A stretch of 64,000 bases of DNA from NCBI RefSeq assembly GCF_030028105.1, contig NC_092401.1, forward strand, positions 7,660,984 to 7,724,983, in the 5' to 3' direction. Both the position numbers and the translations under genes were made by a program. Shown in pieces: positions 1-12,427 of this stretch (position 1 is its first letter; each line of letters opens with the position of its first letter). The stretch comes from Mobula birostris (lineage: Eukaryota). The notes below the pieces were generated by a model, which ran no database searches, was not told the origin of the DNA, and saw only the letters and a list, made by a program, of their open reading frames with translations.

Positions 1-462
1 GACCTGATTTATAGGGAGAGTTGAATGGGTTCAGACTTTATTTTTTGGAATGAGGGAGAATGAGGGGAGATCTTATAGAAGTAAATAAAACAATGAGAGA
101 TACAGATAGCATGAATGCACACAGACTTTTTCTAAGACTGGAGGTCATACATCAGGGGTTCACAGCCTGGGTCCACAGACTCCTTGCCTAATGGTATTGG
201 TCCATGGCATGAAAATGGTTGGGAACCCATGTCACCGAGTGAAAGATCCACCTGAGGGAGAACTTCTTCACTCAGAGGGTGTTGGAAATGTGCAACAAGC
301 TGCCAGTGGAAATAGCAGATGCAGGTTCAATTGCAAAGTTTAAGAGAAGTTTAGATAGATATTGGAGGGGTGTGGAGGGCTATGATCTGGCTGGGGGTAG
401 ATGGGATAAGGCACCAAAACAGGCCAACATGGACTAGAAGGGCCAAAGGGCCTGTTTCTGTG
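1..462 (+). mobile_element. CR1-like LINE 3' end
   Basis: Typical CR1 3' region (gagggga..cttatagaa; aacttcttcactcagaggg; gggcctgtttctgtgctgta). It is interrupted by an ~80-bp MITE. Confidence 0.8.
153..231. mobile_element. ~80-bp hAT-like MITE
   Basis: caggggttc...gggaaccc termini; the same family occurs at 13012-13091 and 58580-58660. Confidence 0.65.
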
Positions 463-1239
463 CTGTAGTGCTCAACGGCTATTTGTCATCAACTATTTCC
501 TCCTTTTTCTTTTCAGCAGGAACAAATCACATGATCGGAGGCTTCGCCTCTATTGATTCACTGGGTATTTTGCTTCTAATTCTTGGGAAGTTCTTGTTGA
601 TCTCTTTTCTCACAACTCCAGTGCATGTCAGGTCTCTCCTTCCTCTCGACATTTCCAAGGTCAAGCTACTCGGTGTTTGCAGCAGTTTCTGTTTTTGTTT
701 TGGACTGAACTTGCCCTGGACTGGAAGGCCAGTTGTGTGATACAGATGAGTGAACTGCCCACAGTCTGGCAGCGTGTGGATTCATGGAGTCCACTCTCCT
801 CTTCCAGAATTATTGCCCCGACAGTCTGGGAAAACAGAGTGGCGGTGAGCAGCTTCTTCAGCAGATGAGAAATGACCAGATGGGAGGCTGCTTGAGCTCT
901 GATATGAATGAGCGTGGAGAGTGGTTACAGAGCAGGGTGTCAAAGACAGGCACTATTTTCTCAGTTTGTTCTGCTTTCAGTCACATGGATGGAAGAGACT
1001 TATAAAGAAAAGGGTGAAATATGGATTACAGTTAATAGAACTTTGTAAAGCAACTCAGCTCTCGAGATTTACTTGGAGTGAAGGAAACATTAATTATATA
1101 CCATATCCCCTAATGTGAATTGTGAATAAGATAAAATAGCTGACTTTTAATCCTGAGTTTCCAGTTCCTTCTCATCAGTTCAATGTCCGTTTCCAGCTCC
1201 ATGAGTATCAATTCCTTCATGTTCTGATGTTGCTCAGGA

Positions 1240-1375
1240 AACATAGAACAGTACAGCACAATACAGGCCCTTTGGCCCACAATGTTGTGCCGACTTTTAA
1301 CCTACTCCCCGATCAATCTAACCCTTCCCTCCTACACAGAACATAACCCTTCATTTTTGCTTTCATCTAAGTTTT
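1240..1375 (-). mobile_element. CR1-like 3' tail fragment
   Basis: Reverse complement of the CR1 3' end (acatagaacagtacagcacaatacaggccc). Confidence 0.7.
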
Positions 1376-1595
1376 TAGCAAAGAAAAATGGGGAGAAGTC
1401 CCGAAGGATGAATTCCTTGATTGAGATCATCTCACTCTAATGCACGAAGTGTTTTTATTGACTTCCTGGAAAGTAGTTTCTGTATTTACCACGTAGTTAT
1501 GTTTTGTGGTGAATTTGCCAAAGGATGAGATTAAACAGCCTCTCCCATGAAAGAAGCCCAAACTCAATCACATACTGAATTCTGATCTCCCTCCT

Positions 1596-1790
1596 CAGAA
1601 TCAGAATCAAAATTCAATATCACTGCCATGTAGTAAGTCATGAAATTTGGTGTTTTGTGGCAATAAATAAAAATCTATAAATTACAATAAGAAATAGTCG
1701 TATATTTAAAGAAGATGAATTTAGTGCAAAAAGAGGGCAAAAAAGTGAGATATTATTCATGGGTTCATTCATTGTCCAGTTGTGCATATA
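1596..1790 (-). mobile_element. Rex1/Babar-type LINE 3' tail
   Basis: (agaatc)n tail followed by tcatgaaatttggtgttttgtggca; the same tail occurs at 7255 and 49545. Confidence 0.6.
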
Positions 1791-2323
1791 TGCAGTTCAG
1801 ATCAGAGGCGATCCCCACAATCACAATAAAGTCCAAAATATATTACCACTTTGAGTTTACTATCAGAAAACTATTTACTATCAGCCCCAGTGCTAAAGTG
1901 TCCTGTATAAAAACAAACTGAGCATCACACTCCTTGTCAGGAATAGCATTTCAGTCCCAGTGCTCATGTCTTGGAATAAAGCACAGTCTCACCGTTAGTT
2001 ATTGGTTAAAAATCCCAGTCCTCACAACCAGCAAACAGAAACTGAAAGACCACAAGATGCACCCTCCCACTTCTGAACATCTTGCACAATTTACACAGCA
2101 GTCCTTGTGCACAATTTACACACAGTACTTCCACAGTTTCAGCAATGCTCCTCCCCACCAACAGTGAGTTGCTCCTCTTCTCCGGTCTGCAGGTTCTAGA
2201 TTGCAGCCAAGTTTGAGACTTCGGTGCTTCCTCACCCCTCTGCTATGCTCCTATCAACAAAGTTTTGAACTTACTTCTGTGTGTATGTGATATTTCAATA
2301 ATATTTGAGTAATTATGTATATA

Positions 2324-3307
2324 TGAGGGGTGATTGATAAGTTTGTGGCCTAAGGTAGAAGGGGTCAATTTTAGAAAATCTAGCACATTTATTTTTCAAC
2401 GTAGTCCCCTCCTACATGTACACACTTAGACTAACGGTTGAGGAGTATACAGATCCCTTCTTTGTAGAAGTGGTCCACAGCAGGGGTGATTGATAAGTTC
2501 GTAGCCTAAGGTTGAAGGAGGTGAGCTATTAACTTCAAACTTACTGCATTCTCACTCAAAGAGATGAACTGCACGTGCATGTAACGAGAGTGTCTTGGAC
2601 CTCCAGGTGGCCCATAGCAGGGGCAATTGGTAAGTTCATGGCCTAAGGTAGATGGAGATGAGTTATACCGCTCTCGTTACATACACATGCAGTTCAACTC
2701 TGAGAGAAAATGCAGAAAGTTTGAAGTTAGTAACTCATCTCCTTCTACCTTAGGCCACAAACTTATCAATCACCCCTGCAGTGGACCACTTTCTGAAGGT
2801 CCAAGATGTCAACTTCTACAAAGAAGGGACCCGTATGGTCCACGACCGCTGGACTAAGTATGTAAGTGTAGGAAAAATAAATGTGCTAGGTTTTCTAAAA
2901 TTGAGTCCTTCCACCGTAAGCCATGAACTTATCTTTCTTTTCAGATCTTTTTATTGTTATGTTAGACAAAAGAAATAACACGAGCACATTGAAGTAACAA
3001 CACTTACAATGTCTCAAAAAAGACGTTATCTTAAAGATTGAAAAAAATTTTTGTGATAACAAAAAAAACCTACTAAGCAGAAAAAGTGAGGGAAAAAAAA
3101 GAACCCATTAGGTGTACAACCCCGGAGCCATGCGTCATACAAAAAGATTCTAAAAATAAACATCAAACCGCCAGCAAGAAAAGAAAATATACCAAAAAAT
3201 TTGCAATTAGATTGTGGAAAATATCTATCAATTAGCTCAAATGATAATAACGAGCAAATGAGTCCCATCTTTTCTCAAAATCAAACGAACTTATTAATCA
3301 CCCCTCG
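2324..3307. mobile_element. Palindromic mariner-derived non-autonomous element
   Basis: TA|tgaggggtgattgataag ... ttattaatcacccctcg|TA. The TIR motif occurs again internally. The arms carry the mariner transposase C-terminus (FYKEGTRMVHDRWTKYV, ORF 2781-2978). Confidence 0.8.
2933..3284 (-). mobile_element. 5'-truncated L1/Tx1-like 3' end inserted in the mariner TIR
   Basis: AATAAA plus an A-rich tail on the minus strand, flanked by a 10-bp TSD atgaacttat (2923-2932) / acgaacttat (3285-3294). Confidence 0.65.
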
Positions 3308-3599
3308 TACTGTATGTTGTTTAATGAGGGATTCTTGTTCATTTAAATAATTAATTCCAGGTTATGTGTATAAATATGTTAATTACACATGTCATTATAC
3401 TACCATGTGATACGTGTGTCCTTTGATTAAAGTAAATGCGGTTACGTGCGCATTCCCGGACACTTGCGTCTTCTTTGAATTAGTTTAATGTTTTGAAGTT
3501 GCAAAACTTAAAGATGGTGATGAGGATGGGATCATAGTGTGTAATTACAGCATCTGATGTCACCATTTCCTTTACCTTTTTGAAAGCCACCTCACACTG

Positions 3600-4079
3600 C
3601 TTTGTCCACTGCCATTTCTTCTCGATCTATAGTAGTGAGTTCAAGAGATGGAGCAGGTTTGGCAGGGACCTATTATAGTCACTTACAAATCCTAAAAAGG
3701 ACTGCAGCTGTGACACATCTTTTGACCTTGGGCCATCCATCACTGCTGATCAGTTGTGTGGCCACAGTAAGTGATGCTTGGTTTAAAGAACTCACACTTG
3801 TCGCGACATGCTCTGAGCTTTTAACACTGTTTTGAGGCTTTGGAGATGTTCCTTGTCATCCTTGCCTGTAACAATGATATCATCCAGGTAACACTGAGCG
3901 CCTGGGCAGCCTTGCAGAACCTGGCCCATAGCTTTCTGCCAGCGTGCAGGTGCAGATATCACTCTGTTATAGCGATAAAGCCCTTTGTCAGTGGTTATGC
4001 TGAGAAACACTCTGGACTTTCTCCATCTGGGAGCCAAAGACATTGATAAAACAAAGATGAAGATTCTGCTAAGAAACAT
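3600..4079 (-). mobile_element. Gypsy reverse transcriptase fragment
   Basis: ORF 3792-4079: WQKAMGQVLQGCPGAQCYLDDIIVTGKDDKEHL (YLDD motif). Confidence 0.85.
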
Positions 4080-4439
4080 GAGCAGCTAATGATGAATTGG
4101 AAAAGCAGAACTTGACGACAAGGAGAATGATTTTGGAGGAGAGAATGCATGGTGCAAAGATTGCTGTGGGAGAAATATCTTCCAGTTCATGGGACACCAA
4201 TACTAGGAAAGAGGGAAGTGTCACATTGGTGCTTTCACTTGAAATGGGCCAGGGCCAGAGACTAAGTAAATTAAATATCTGTGGCTTAAAACTGATCATC
4301 AGGGATTGGGATTGGAGGCATGGACAGGGGAGCAGTGGGGTGAGGGGAAACTTTAAAAATTAAAGGACTAAGCAATAGTGTAGGTGAGCAAAATGGGTAA
4401 AGACCAGCTGAATGCATCAGGAAGGGACAGAGAGGTGTA

Positions 4440-4780
4440 ACTCCAGTGAGAATTCATGAAGCAAAGATAAACTTGAAGGTTCTTTACATGAAGAAATAGC
4501 AGAATAACCAAAAGCAAAAGGGCACAATCAAATATCCATTTCATAGTTGGGTTGTAACATGGCCAAGGATGGGAATGAAGTATTTGAGTTTACTTTTAGA
4601 AGTGACAGACAAATGGAAAAGGAATTGGGCAGCAATGGTTTCAAAGGATGGGACAAAGACAGTAAAGGGAAAAAATGTCGCTCAGAAAATCAAATAGTAT
4701 ATTGGCCTTTAAATAGTTCTCATCATGTGGGTGGGGTATAAAATTCATGAGATTAGAAGTGTGTGTAACTAGAAAAACAC
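4440..4780 (+). mobile_element. Degenerate CR1 endonuclease fragment
   Basis: Remnants of LKVLY.N and FRSDRQ.GKG motifs. Confidence 0.45.
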
Positions 4781-4894
4781 ATTAACTATACGAGACATGA
4801 AGCTGCATACAGGCTGGGCAAACCAATCAGCAGCAATAGTGTGCAGGACAAATTTATGGAGTATATAAGATTTTTAAAACAGTTTTTTTGATGA

Positions 4895-5152
4895 GATACA
4901 ATGCAGACAAGGCCCATCAGGCTCTTTGAGCCACACTGCCCAACAATCCCCTGATTTAATCCCAGTCTAATCATGGGACAATTTACAATAACTAATAAGC
5001 ACCAACTAATACATCTTATACTTCGGGAGGAAACCAGAGCACCTGGAGGAAACCTATGTGGTCATGGGAGAAAATACAGGTGGGGCGGGAATTGAACCTG
5101 GGACGCCTGTACTGTAAAGCATTGTGCTAACCAGTATGCTACCATGCCACCC
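4895..5152 (-). mobile_element. HE1-like tRNA-derived SINE
   Basis: Reverse of ggtagcatactggttagcacaatgctttacag..ggttcaattcc (A/B boxes), core gggaggaaaccagagcacc, and a CR1-like tail. Confidence 0.75.
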
Positions 5153-5799
5153 CATGTTTCTGGATTATTGGGATATCTTCCATGACGAGAAACCAATGAA
5201 GGAACACATTAGTTGTAAGCATTTTTTTGTTTAATGAGAAATGGTTAATTTGAAGATCTCACAAGGTCATTTAGAATTTCGTATCAAGTTCAAAGGTCAT
5301 TTAGCTCAATTTGAAACCAGACTGTTAAATCAAAAGGAAGCAAACTGGAGAAGTCGTGAGTTGTGAGATGACTAAGATAGATTGGGAAACTAACTAAAGT
5401 ATTTGGCAATAAACCACAAACGGATAACTTTTCAAAGAATTCATGTATATAGTTGTAAACACTATATTTATCTCTCATGAAGGCACAAAAAAGAGAAGAG
5501 TTCTGATGGTGGCTGGCAAGAGAAGTCAAGGTTTGTATATTAGATCACAGGAGAAGGCTGATTACAATGCCAGAGCCAGAGGTTTGGGAAATCAGCAAAG
5601 GAGGACGGAGGCTTTATCGTGAAAAGTGAGGCAGAATACAGGAGCAAACTGACACAGAATATGAAAACAGGTAGTAAGAGATTCTTCAGTGAGAAAGCTC
5701 AAACCTCAAGGCCCGTTGTGGTTCAAGGAGGCAGCTCATCGTCACCATCTTAGGGCAGCGAGGGATGGGCAATCAAATGCTGGCTCAGCCACAAAACCC

Positions 5800-6090
5800 A
5801 CTTCCCTTGAATGAATATATAAAGAAAATTGATGTCGGTCTTTTGCAGGCTGAAGCGGGTGGGGGGAAATCCTGTGAGAGAAGGAATTGACAGAGGTGTC
5901 AGTGAAAAACACTGAGAGGGAGGGACTGAGCTAACTAAAAGGCTGCAGGTCCCCAAGTCCTGATGAACTGCATCTGACGGCTTTGAAGAGGTGACCAAGT
6001 GTGGATATGCTGGCTGACACTGATCTGAAAGCATTTCCTACAGGCTGGAAGATAGCAAACAGACCCCCAATGTTTTAAAAAGAATGAGCT
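5800..6090 (+). mobile_element. Degenerate CR1 RT N-terminal fragment
   Basis: Remnant SPSPDELH..LK..WKIAN..P.F.K. Confidence 0.5.
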
Positions 6091-6699
6091 AATGGCCTTT
6101 ATCCTCAGCACCACTTTCCTGCACTAATCTCTACTGCTGTCTGGGTGAAGATTTCTTTTTGTTTCTGTCCTGAAAGGCTTAAAGCCTTATTTTGAGGATG
6201 TCACCCTAACAAGGTGGCAGGGAGAGCAGCCAATAAACTTCAAGTACACTAATAAGGGTCAAGCAAGATCTCAGGAAATTCAGCACGCTCTCTGAAAACT
6301 GCAGGAGGCCTGCCCACAACTGCTTGGCCTAAAGGAACTTGGCCAAGCCCAGGGCTGTCAGAGAGCCCAGGCTGAGTCTCAGGAAACAGAGTCTGCTCCA
6401 CCTTACGCACGTCTCCCTTTGTTGTTTGTCTGAAGTTGTCGTTGGTACAGTGTCCTTATGCATCAGCACCCTGGACTGTGAAATGGCAGCACCCCATCCC
6501 TGACCTGAGTTTGAGTTTTCCTTCACTTTTTTTTTTGGAGAGTTGCCTCTGTTCAATGTCATTCCACTGAACCCGTCTCAGACTGTGAACTCACTGTCTG
6601 GGTGTGAAGTGAAAATCCATTTCCCAGCATGCAATCACTACCTCATACATGGCAATATCTTTCTATTCAGGTTTCTTTTTATTTCTCCTTTAAATGTTA

Positions 6700-7022
6700 T
6701 GTTATCAGGTGTGTTTGGAACAAAAGATGCCATGACCAATTGTTCTGTCCTCCTCTGTTTTCTGAATACACAGCAAGACAATGTGAAGCCCCATTGCTGG
6801 ACATTCAGGATCTGATCTGTGATCCTGTCAGTAAGTGCAGTCCTGTTGGTCTGTACACTTGGTTAAAATCTACATCATGCCACCATTGTACAAGTCATAA
6901 CTTGCAGATGCCTGCATAACTCATAGTGAAACAAAAATAGATGAAGATTTGACTGAAATTCTTATTCCTTAGGTGCTGTGGTTTCTTAGTGTCAGAGCTG
7001 AACCTTTCAAACTGACAACAGG
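6700..7022 (-). pseudogene. Decayed Ig-domain-1 exon of a downstream ICAM-like paralog
   Basis: Phase-1 acceptor cctttccag|CC. Fragments ..CQFE, ELCRHLQVMTCTM and ITDQILNVQQWGFTLSCCV match D1 (GFE, EFGHSLEVTCSTM, ITDRFLSIQKWDLTVPCTV). It has frameshifts, a ~40-nt insertion and no donor. Flanking intron 6495-6670 matches 37205-37390. Confidence 0.75.
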
Positions 7023-7254
7023 CTGGAAAGGAAGCCTTGAGGAGTTTGCTTACTTGACAAAGAGACTTCTAGTCTGTATTAGTGTTATCTGTTGCACCTG
7101 TTACCAAGTCAGCACATTAACAGCAAGACGACTCTAGTGCAGCTCAAATGGTGTGAAGATTAGTGGAAAATAGATAACAGGTTTTAACATGCTGAAAAAC
7201 TCAATACAAAACTTGTCCTGCTTCAAAACATCTTCGCTCTGCTAAGGGTTAGTT

Positions 7255-9412
7255 CAGAATAAGAATCAGGTTTAATATTGCCGGCATATGTTGTGAAATT
7301 TGTTGTCTTTATGGCAGCAATACAATGAAATACATGACAAACAGAGAGAATTAAACTGAGTTACAGTAAGTTTATATATGTCTATTAAATAGTTACATTA
7401 AAACAAGTAGTGCAAAAAACAAGTAAAAAAGTAGTGAGGTAGTGTTCATGTGTGCAACATCCATTCGGGACTCAGATGGCAGAGAGGAAGAAGCTGTTCC
7501 TGAATCACTGAGTGTGTGCCTTCAGGCTCCTGTACCTCCTTCCCGATGGTAACTATGATAAGAGGGCATGCCCCTGGTGGTGAGGACCCTCAGTGATGGA
7601 CTCCGCCTTCCGAAGGCACCACTCTTTGAAGATGTCTTGGATACCACGATGGTTGATGCCCGGGATGGAATTGACTAATTTTACAAGTTCCTGCAACTTA
7701 TTTCAGTCCTGTGCTGTAGCCACCCCCTACCCCCCCCCCACCATCCCAGATGGTGGAAAGCCAGTTAGAATGCTCTCCGTGGTACATTTGTAGAAATTTA
7801 TTTGACAAACCAAATCTCCTCAAACTCCTAATGAAGTATAATGAAGCCACTGTCTTGCCTTCTTTATAGCTGCATCAATATGTTGGGTCCAGGTTAGATC
7901 CTCACAGATATTAACACCCATGAACTTGAAATTGCTCACTCTCTCCACTTCTGATCCCTCTATGAGGATTGGTTTGTGCTCCTTCACCTCACCCTTCACA
8001 ATCAGCTCTCTGGTCTCGGTGATGTTGAGTGCAATGTTGTTGCTAACTGGTATACCTCACTCCTGTACACCCTCATCTCCATCTGAAATTCTGCCAACAA
8101 TGGTTGTAAATTTAGAATGCTGTTTGAGCTATACTAACCACACTGTCATGGGTGTAGAGAGAGTAGAGCAGTGGGCCAAGAAACATATTCCTGTGTAAAC
8201 TGTCAGTGAGGTGGAGATGTCACTTCCAATCAGCACAGATTGCGGCCTCTCATAGGAAGTCGAGAATCCAGTTGCAGAGGGAGGTACAGAGGCCGAGGTT
8301 TTGTAGCTTTTCGATCAGGACTGTAGGAATGATGGTGTTAAATGCTGAGCTACAGTCAATGAACAGCATTCTGACATTAGTATTTGCGTTGTCCAGGACA
8401 TCCAAGGCTGCCTGGAGAGCCATTCAGATCACATCTGTTGTAGACCTATTGTGACTGTAGGCAAATTGCAGTGGGTCCAGGTTTTTCCTGAGTCAGGTGC
8501 TGATTCTAGCCATGACCAACCTCTCAAAGTATTTCATCACTGTACATGCACATGTGAGCTCTACTGGACGATTGTCATTGAGGCATCTCACACTGCCCTT
8601 CTTGGACACTGGTATAATTGTTGCCCTTTTGCAGCATGTGGGAAATTCTGACCGTAACAATGAAGGATTGAAAATGTCTTTGAGCACTCCTGCCAGTTGT
8701 TGGCTCAGGTTTTCAGAGCCTGGCCTGGGACTCCATTGGGCCCTGCTTCCTTGTGAGGGTTCACCCTCTTCAAAGACAGCCTGATGCCAGCCTCTGAGAC
8801 AGACGTCACAGTGGCATAAAAATGCTTCAGGTTTTCTCATAGCTGTGGTTTTATTTTCATTTTCAAAGCGAGCATAATAGGTGTTGAGCTCGTCTGGTAC
8901 TGAAGCATCAATGCCATTCATAACGTTAGGTTTTGCTTTGTAGGAAATAATATCCTGCAGCCCCTGCCAGAGTTGACATGTATCTAGTATTACCTCCAAC
9001 CTCTCCCGGAATTGTTTCTTGGCTCTTGAAATAGCCTTCTGCAAGTCATACCCGGTTTTCTTGTACAGACCTGAGTCAGCAGACTTAAATGCCACTGATC
9101 TAGCCCTCAGCAGACTACAAATCTCCTGGTTCACCCACAGCTTTTGGTTTGAGAATGTACAGTAAGCTTTCATAGGCACACACTCGTCCACACAGGTTTT
9201 AATGAAGTCAGTGACAAGTGTGGCATACTCATCCAGGCTTGAAGATAACTCCCTGTACACAGTCCAAAGCAGCCCTGTAGGTGCTCCTGTGTCTTCCTGG
9301 TCCATACCTTCTTGATCCTCATTATTGGTGCTGCAGTCTTTAGTGTCTGCCTATACTCAGGGAGTAGAAGTACAGCCAAGTGATCAGACTTCCCAAAGTG
9401 CAGGTGGGACAC
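7255..9412 (-). mobile_element. Rex1/Babar LINE, 5'-truncated and degenerate
   Basis: ORF 8493-9305 reads PTCCKRATIIPVSKK..CLNDNRPV.LT..VMKYFERLVMARI; (gattct)n-type tail at 7255. Confidence 0.85.
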
Positions 9413-10603
9413 GATTGCACTTAGTGTAATAGTGGTTCAGTGTGTTATTTCCTCTATACTAGTTATTCAGATGATTCAATCAAGACTGTATTATTAAATT
9501 ACCAATGAATTGATCTTGGATTTAAGTAGGGAGTGCTTAGAGAAAGAGTTGCATTTATGGGTTACAGTGATTAAGGGGCACATTGCACAGAGTCAGAAAC
9601 AGAATGAGAAGGTCTCAGGATAGAGAGTACTCTCTGAAATCAAGGAAAGTCAGAGGATAGACAATATCTAGAGGTGGAAGGTAGCTTACAAGGCACCTGA
9701 AAACAGGATTAACTACATGCAGGGAGAGAGAGGCCAGCAAGTGCATTTAAACACAGAAAGGACAGTATAAATCTGGCATTTCATCCAGTTTTAATGAACT
9801 ACGTGAATGAGTTCTGAGCTTTCCTGTTTGGGCCTTACCTCATTTCCCCTGATGTAGAAGTTCCAACCAAACTTAGAAAGAGAATCATTGTGGGAGAAGC
9901 CACCTACGTACCACCGATCACCTTCAGAAAATCTCCAAATTTTAGAGCAGAGTTTGCACCAATCCAAACCTCAATCCATCCATGTTCAACAAAGCCAGAC
10001 TTGAAGGATTCAGAATGCAAGTTGAAGGAAGTTGTGGAGAAGTGGATGGGCACATTTAAGGTTCAATGTACTCTATTACAGAGAGGTAATGCAGACGCGC
10101 ACGGTAAAAGATGGAATGAGAGTGGGACTTGCCCATGGCATCCAGGGAAAACTGGCATATTAGATGCTGAACTGGCACGTGTGGATGATGAAGTGGTTGG
10201 TTTTGTGGTTGGAAGCTTGTGACCTGTGGTGTACCACAGGAATCGCTGCTGGCCTTCCTACCTTCTGCTATAAGTATGAACTTGGAGGTGAATGCAGTTG
10301 GTTAGTGTGCAGATGAGATGAACATTGACTGTTTTGTTGACAGGAGTGTTATTGGCTGCTGGGTGATATTGATGAGTTGGTAATGTGGGCAGAGCCATGA
10401 CTGATGGAATTTAATCTCAGTTGGCGTGAACACAGTGGCCAATGGGAACATCTCTGTGTTGTGTCACTCTGTGACCAACTTACTACTGAACAGGACAAGG
10501 GCCATGACTACTTTTAAGGCAATCCAGGAGTAACAGATTTTAACTGGAGGACGTGACTCAGCAAAGAACTTAATGTGGCTGAGTTGATGAAGACCAGAGA
10601 CTG

Positions 10604-11395
10604 GTGTCTAGAGAGGTTGACGGGGGTAGTGCAGTGGATGTCGTCTCCATGGATTTTAGTAAGGAATTTGACCAAGTCTCTCATGGGAGGCTAGTCCAGG
10701 AGATTAAGATGCATGGGGTCCACAGCAAATTGGCTGTTTGGATTCAGAACTGGCTTGCCCATAGAATTCAGAGGGTAGTGGTTGAAGAGACTTATTTGAA
10801 CTGGAGGTCTGTGTGTAGTGGAGTTCCGCAGGGATCTGTGCCCAGTATTACTCTGATTAGGCCACATCTGGAGAATGACATACCGTTCTGGTTGCCCCAT
10901 GATATGAAGGATGTTGAGGCTTTGAAGAGGCTGCAGAAGAGGTTTACCAGGATGTTGCCTGGTTCAGAGGGCACATGCTATCAAGACAGGCTGGATAAAC
11001 TTGGGTTGCTTTTTCTGGATTGCCCAAGGCTAAGGGGTAGTCTGATAGAGAAGTACAAGAGAGGCAGACATAGGGTGGACAAACAGTATCTGTTTTCCAG
11101 GGTTGAAATGTCTAGTGCCAGACGGGTGGCATTGAATGTGAGAGGGGACAGGTTCCAGGTGGATGTGAGGGGTCAGTTTTTACACAGAGTGGTGAATGCC
11201 TGGTATGGTGGTAGATGCTAATACATTAGAGGTTTTGAAGAGACGTTTGGATAGGCACATGGATGTAAGGAAGATGGAGGAGGAATATGGACATGGTGTA
11301 GATCGGAGGGATAGACGTTTGGGTGTTTTTGATTTGCTTTTTATGTGGTCAGGCCAAATGGCCAATTCCTGTACTGTTGCTTCTATGTTCTATGA
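10604..11395 (+). mobile_element. CR1 LINE RT/3' end with internal deletion
   Basis: DVVSMDFSKEFDQVSHGRL..SGVPQGSV is joined directly to LIRPHLE..QKRFTRMLPG. Confidence 0.85.
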
Positions 11396-11434
11396 AGCAC
11401 TGGGTGGTTGGTTCTGGTGCACAGTCTTGAGGGC

Positions 11435-11775
11435 ACCACAATGGCCTAGCGGTTGGCACAACGCTATTATAGATCAGAGCATCAGGAGTTCAGTCCTAAC
11501 ATCCTCTGTAAGGCATCTGTACATCCTCCCCGTGGAGTGCGTGGGTTTTCCCCGGGTGCTCTGGTTTCCTCCCACAGTCCAAACACGTACTGGTTATGAG
11601 GTTAATTGTTCTTTGTAAACTGTCCCATGATGAGGGTACGATTAACTGGGTGGGTTGCTGGTTATGAGGTTAATTGGTCATTGTAAACTGTCCCGTGATG
11701 AGGCTAGGATTAAATCGGTGGGCTGCTGGTGGTGTGGCTCGAAGGGCCAGATGAGCCTGTTCCATACTGTATCGT
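11435..11775 (+). mobile_element. HE1-like SINE with internal tandem duplication
   Basis: tRNA-like head and core gggtgctctggtttcctcccacagtccaaa. The ctggttatgaggttaattg segment is duplicated (~11590 and ~11658). Confidence 0.75.
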
Positions 11776-12427
11776 CTGCAGACCCTGTGGGTGTTGGCCA
11801 TTGTGCCTGATGTGTGATCAAGTACACCCGAGTGAGACATGGCTTCAGTTACTTCCAACACCAACCATGGTGTGAAAAGATTCTTTTTACCAACATTGAT
11901 GTTTAATCGTGCTTCACTGACAAAACACATTTTCTTCAAAGTACACATTCATTTCATTAAAATTTACTTATACAAATGTGTTGGCTAGAAACACCCTTTT
12001 ATATCAATATCGACAATGTTGCTGAGTGGTAGGAACATGAACAGCAGTGCTGAAAATATTGTCTGCACAAGACATGGTTTATTGGTGTCTATGTAATGAA
12101 ACACACAATAAATATCCAGTCACCGGCTGCAACAAAAGCTTAAAGATATGACAGTGAAACACGTACTGATATGCTTGTAATGATATAACAGAAACAGTTT
12201 ATAATACAGTATAAAGTATTTGCAGTTCGATTGAGTCCACAATGTAGTTATGTAAAAACAGTATGCTTAAGGCAGTGAAAAGTAGTGAGTCTGATTATTT
12301 TGATTTCAGAAACAGAACTGGGTGAATCCAAAACTGAGGCAGAAATGAGATGAATTTAACACGAAAAGTAATTCAGCAAAAATTAGGAGATACAGGAATA
12401 AAATGGGCATCTGACAGTTAATGTATC

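Larger units (their letters stand above)
2278..3527 (+). mobile_element. Gypsy-type LTR (2278-2323 + 3308-3512) with PBS-like motif, split by a mariner MITE
   Basis: AT-rich TG-starting segment resumes after the MITE and ends aaacttaaa, followed by PBS-like tggtgatgaggat. Confidence 0.55.

Noticed and set aside
490-1000. Unique GC-balanced stretch with a repeated acagtctgg motif and faint resemblance to Ig4 (gaatccac..gcagttcac) or BIR-like H..PDC
   Set aside because: No consistent frame, splice pair or convincing alignment, so I cannot call it an ICAM relic or any gene.
4895-5152. tRNA-like A/B boxes here and in the other HE1-like copies
   Set aside because: These are SINE heads followed by the SINE core and LINE tail, not tRNA genes; no full cloverleaf.
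11780-12420. AT-rich unique-looking segment resembling a 3' UTR
   Set aside because: No ORF, splice sites or homology that I can support.
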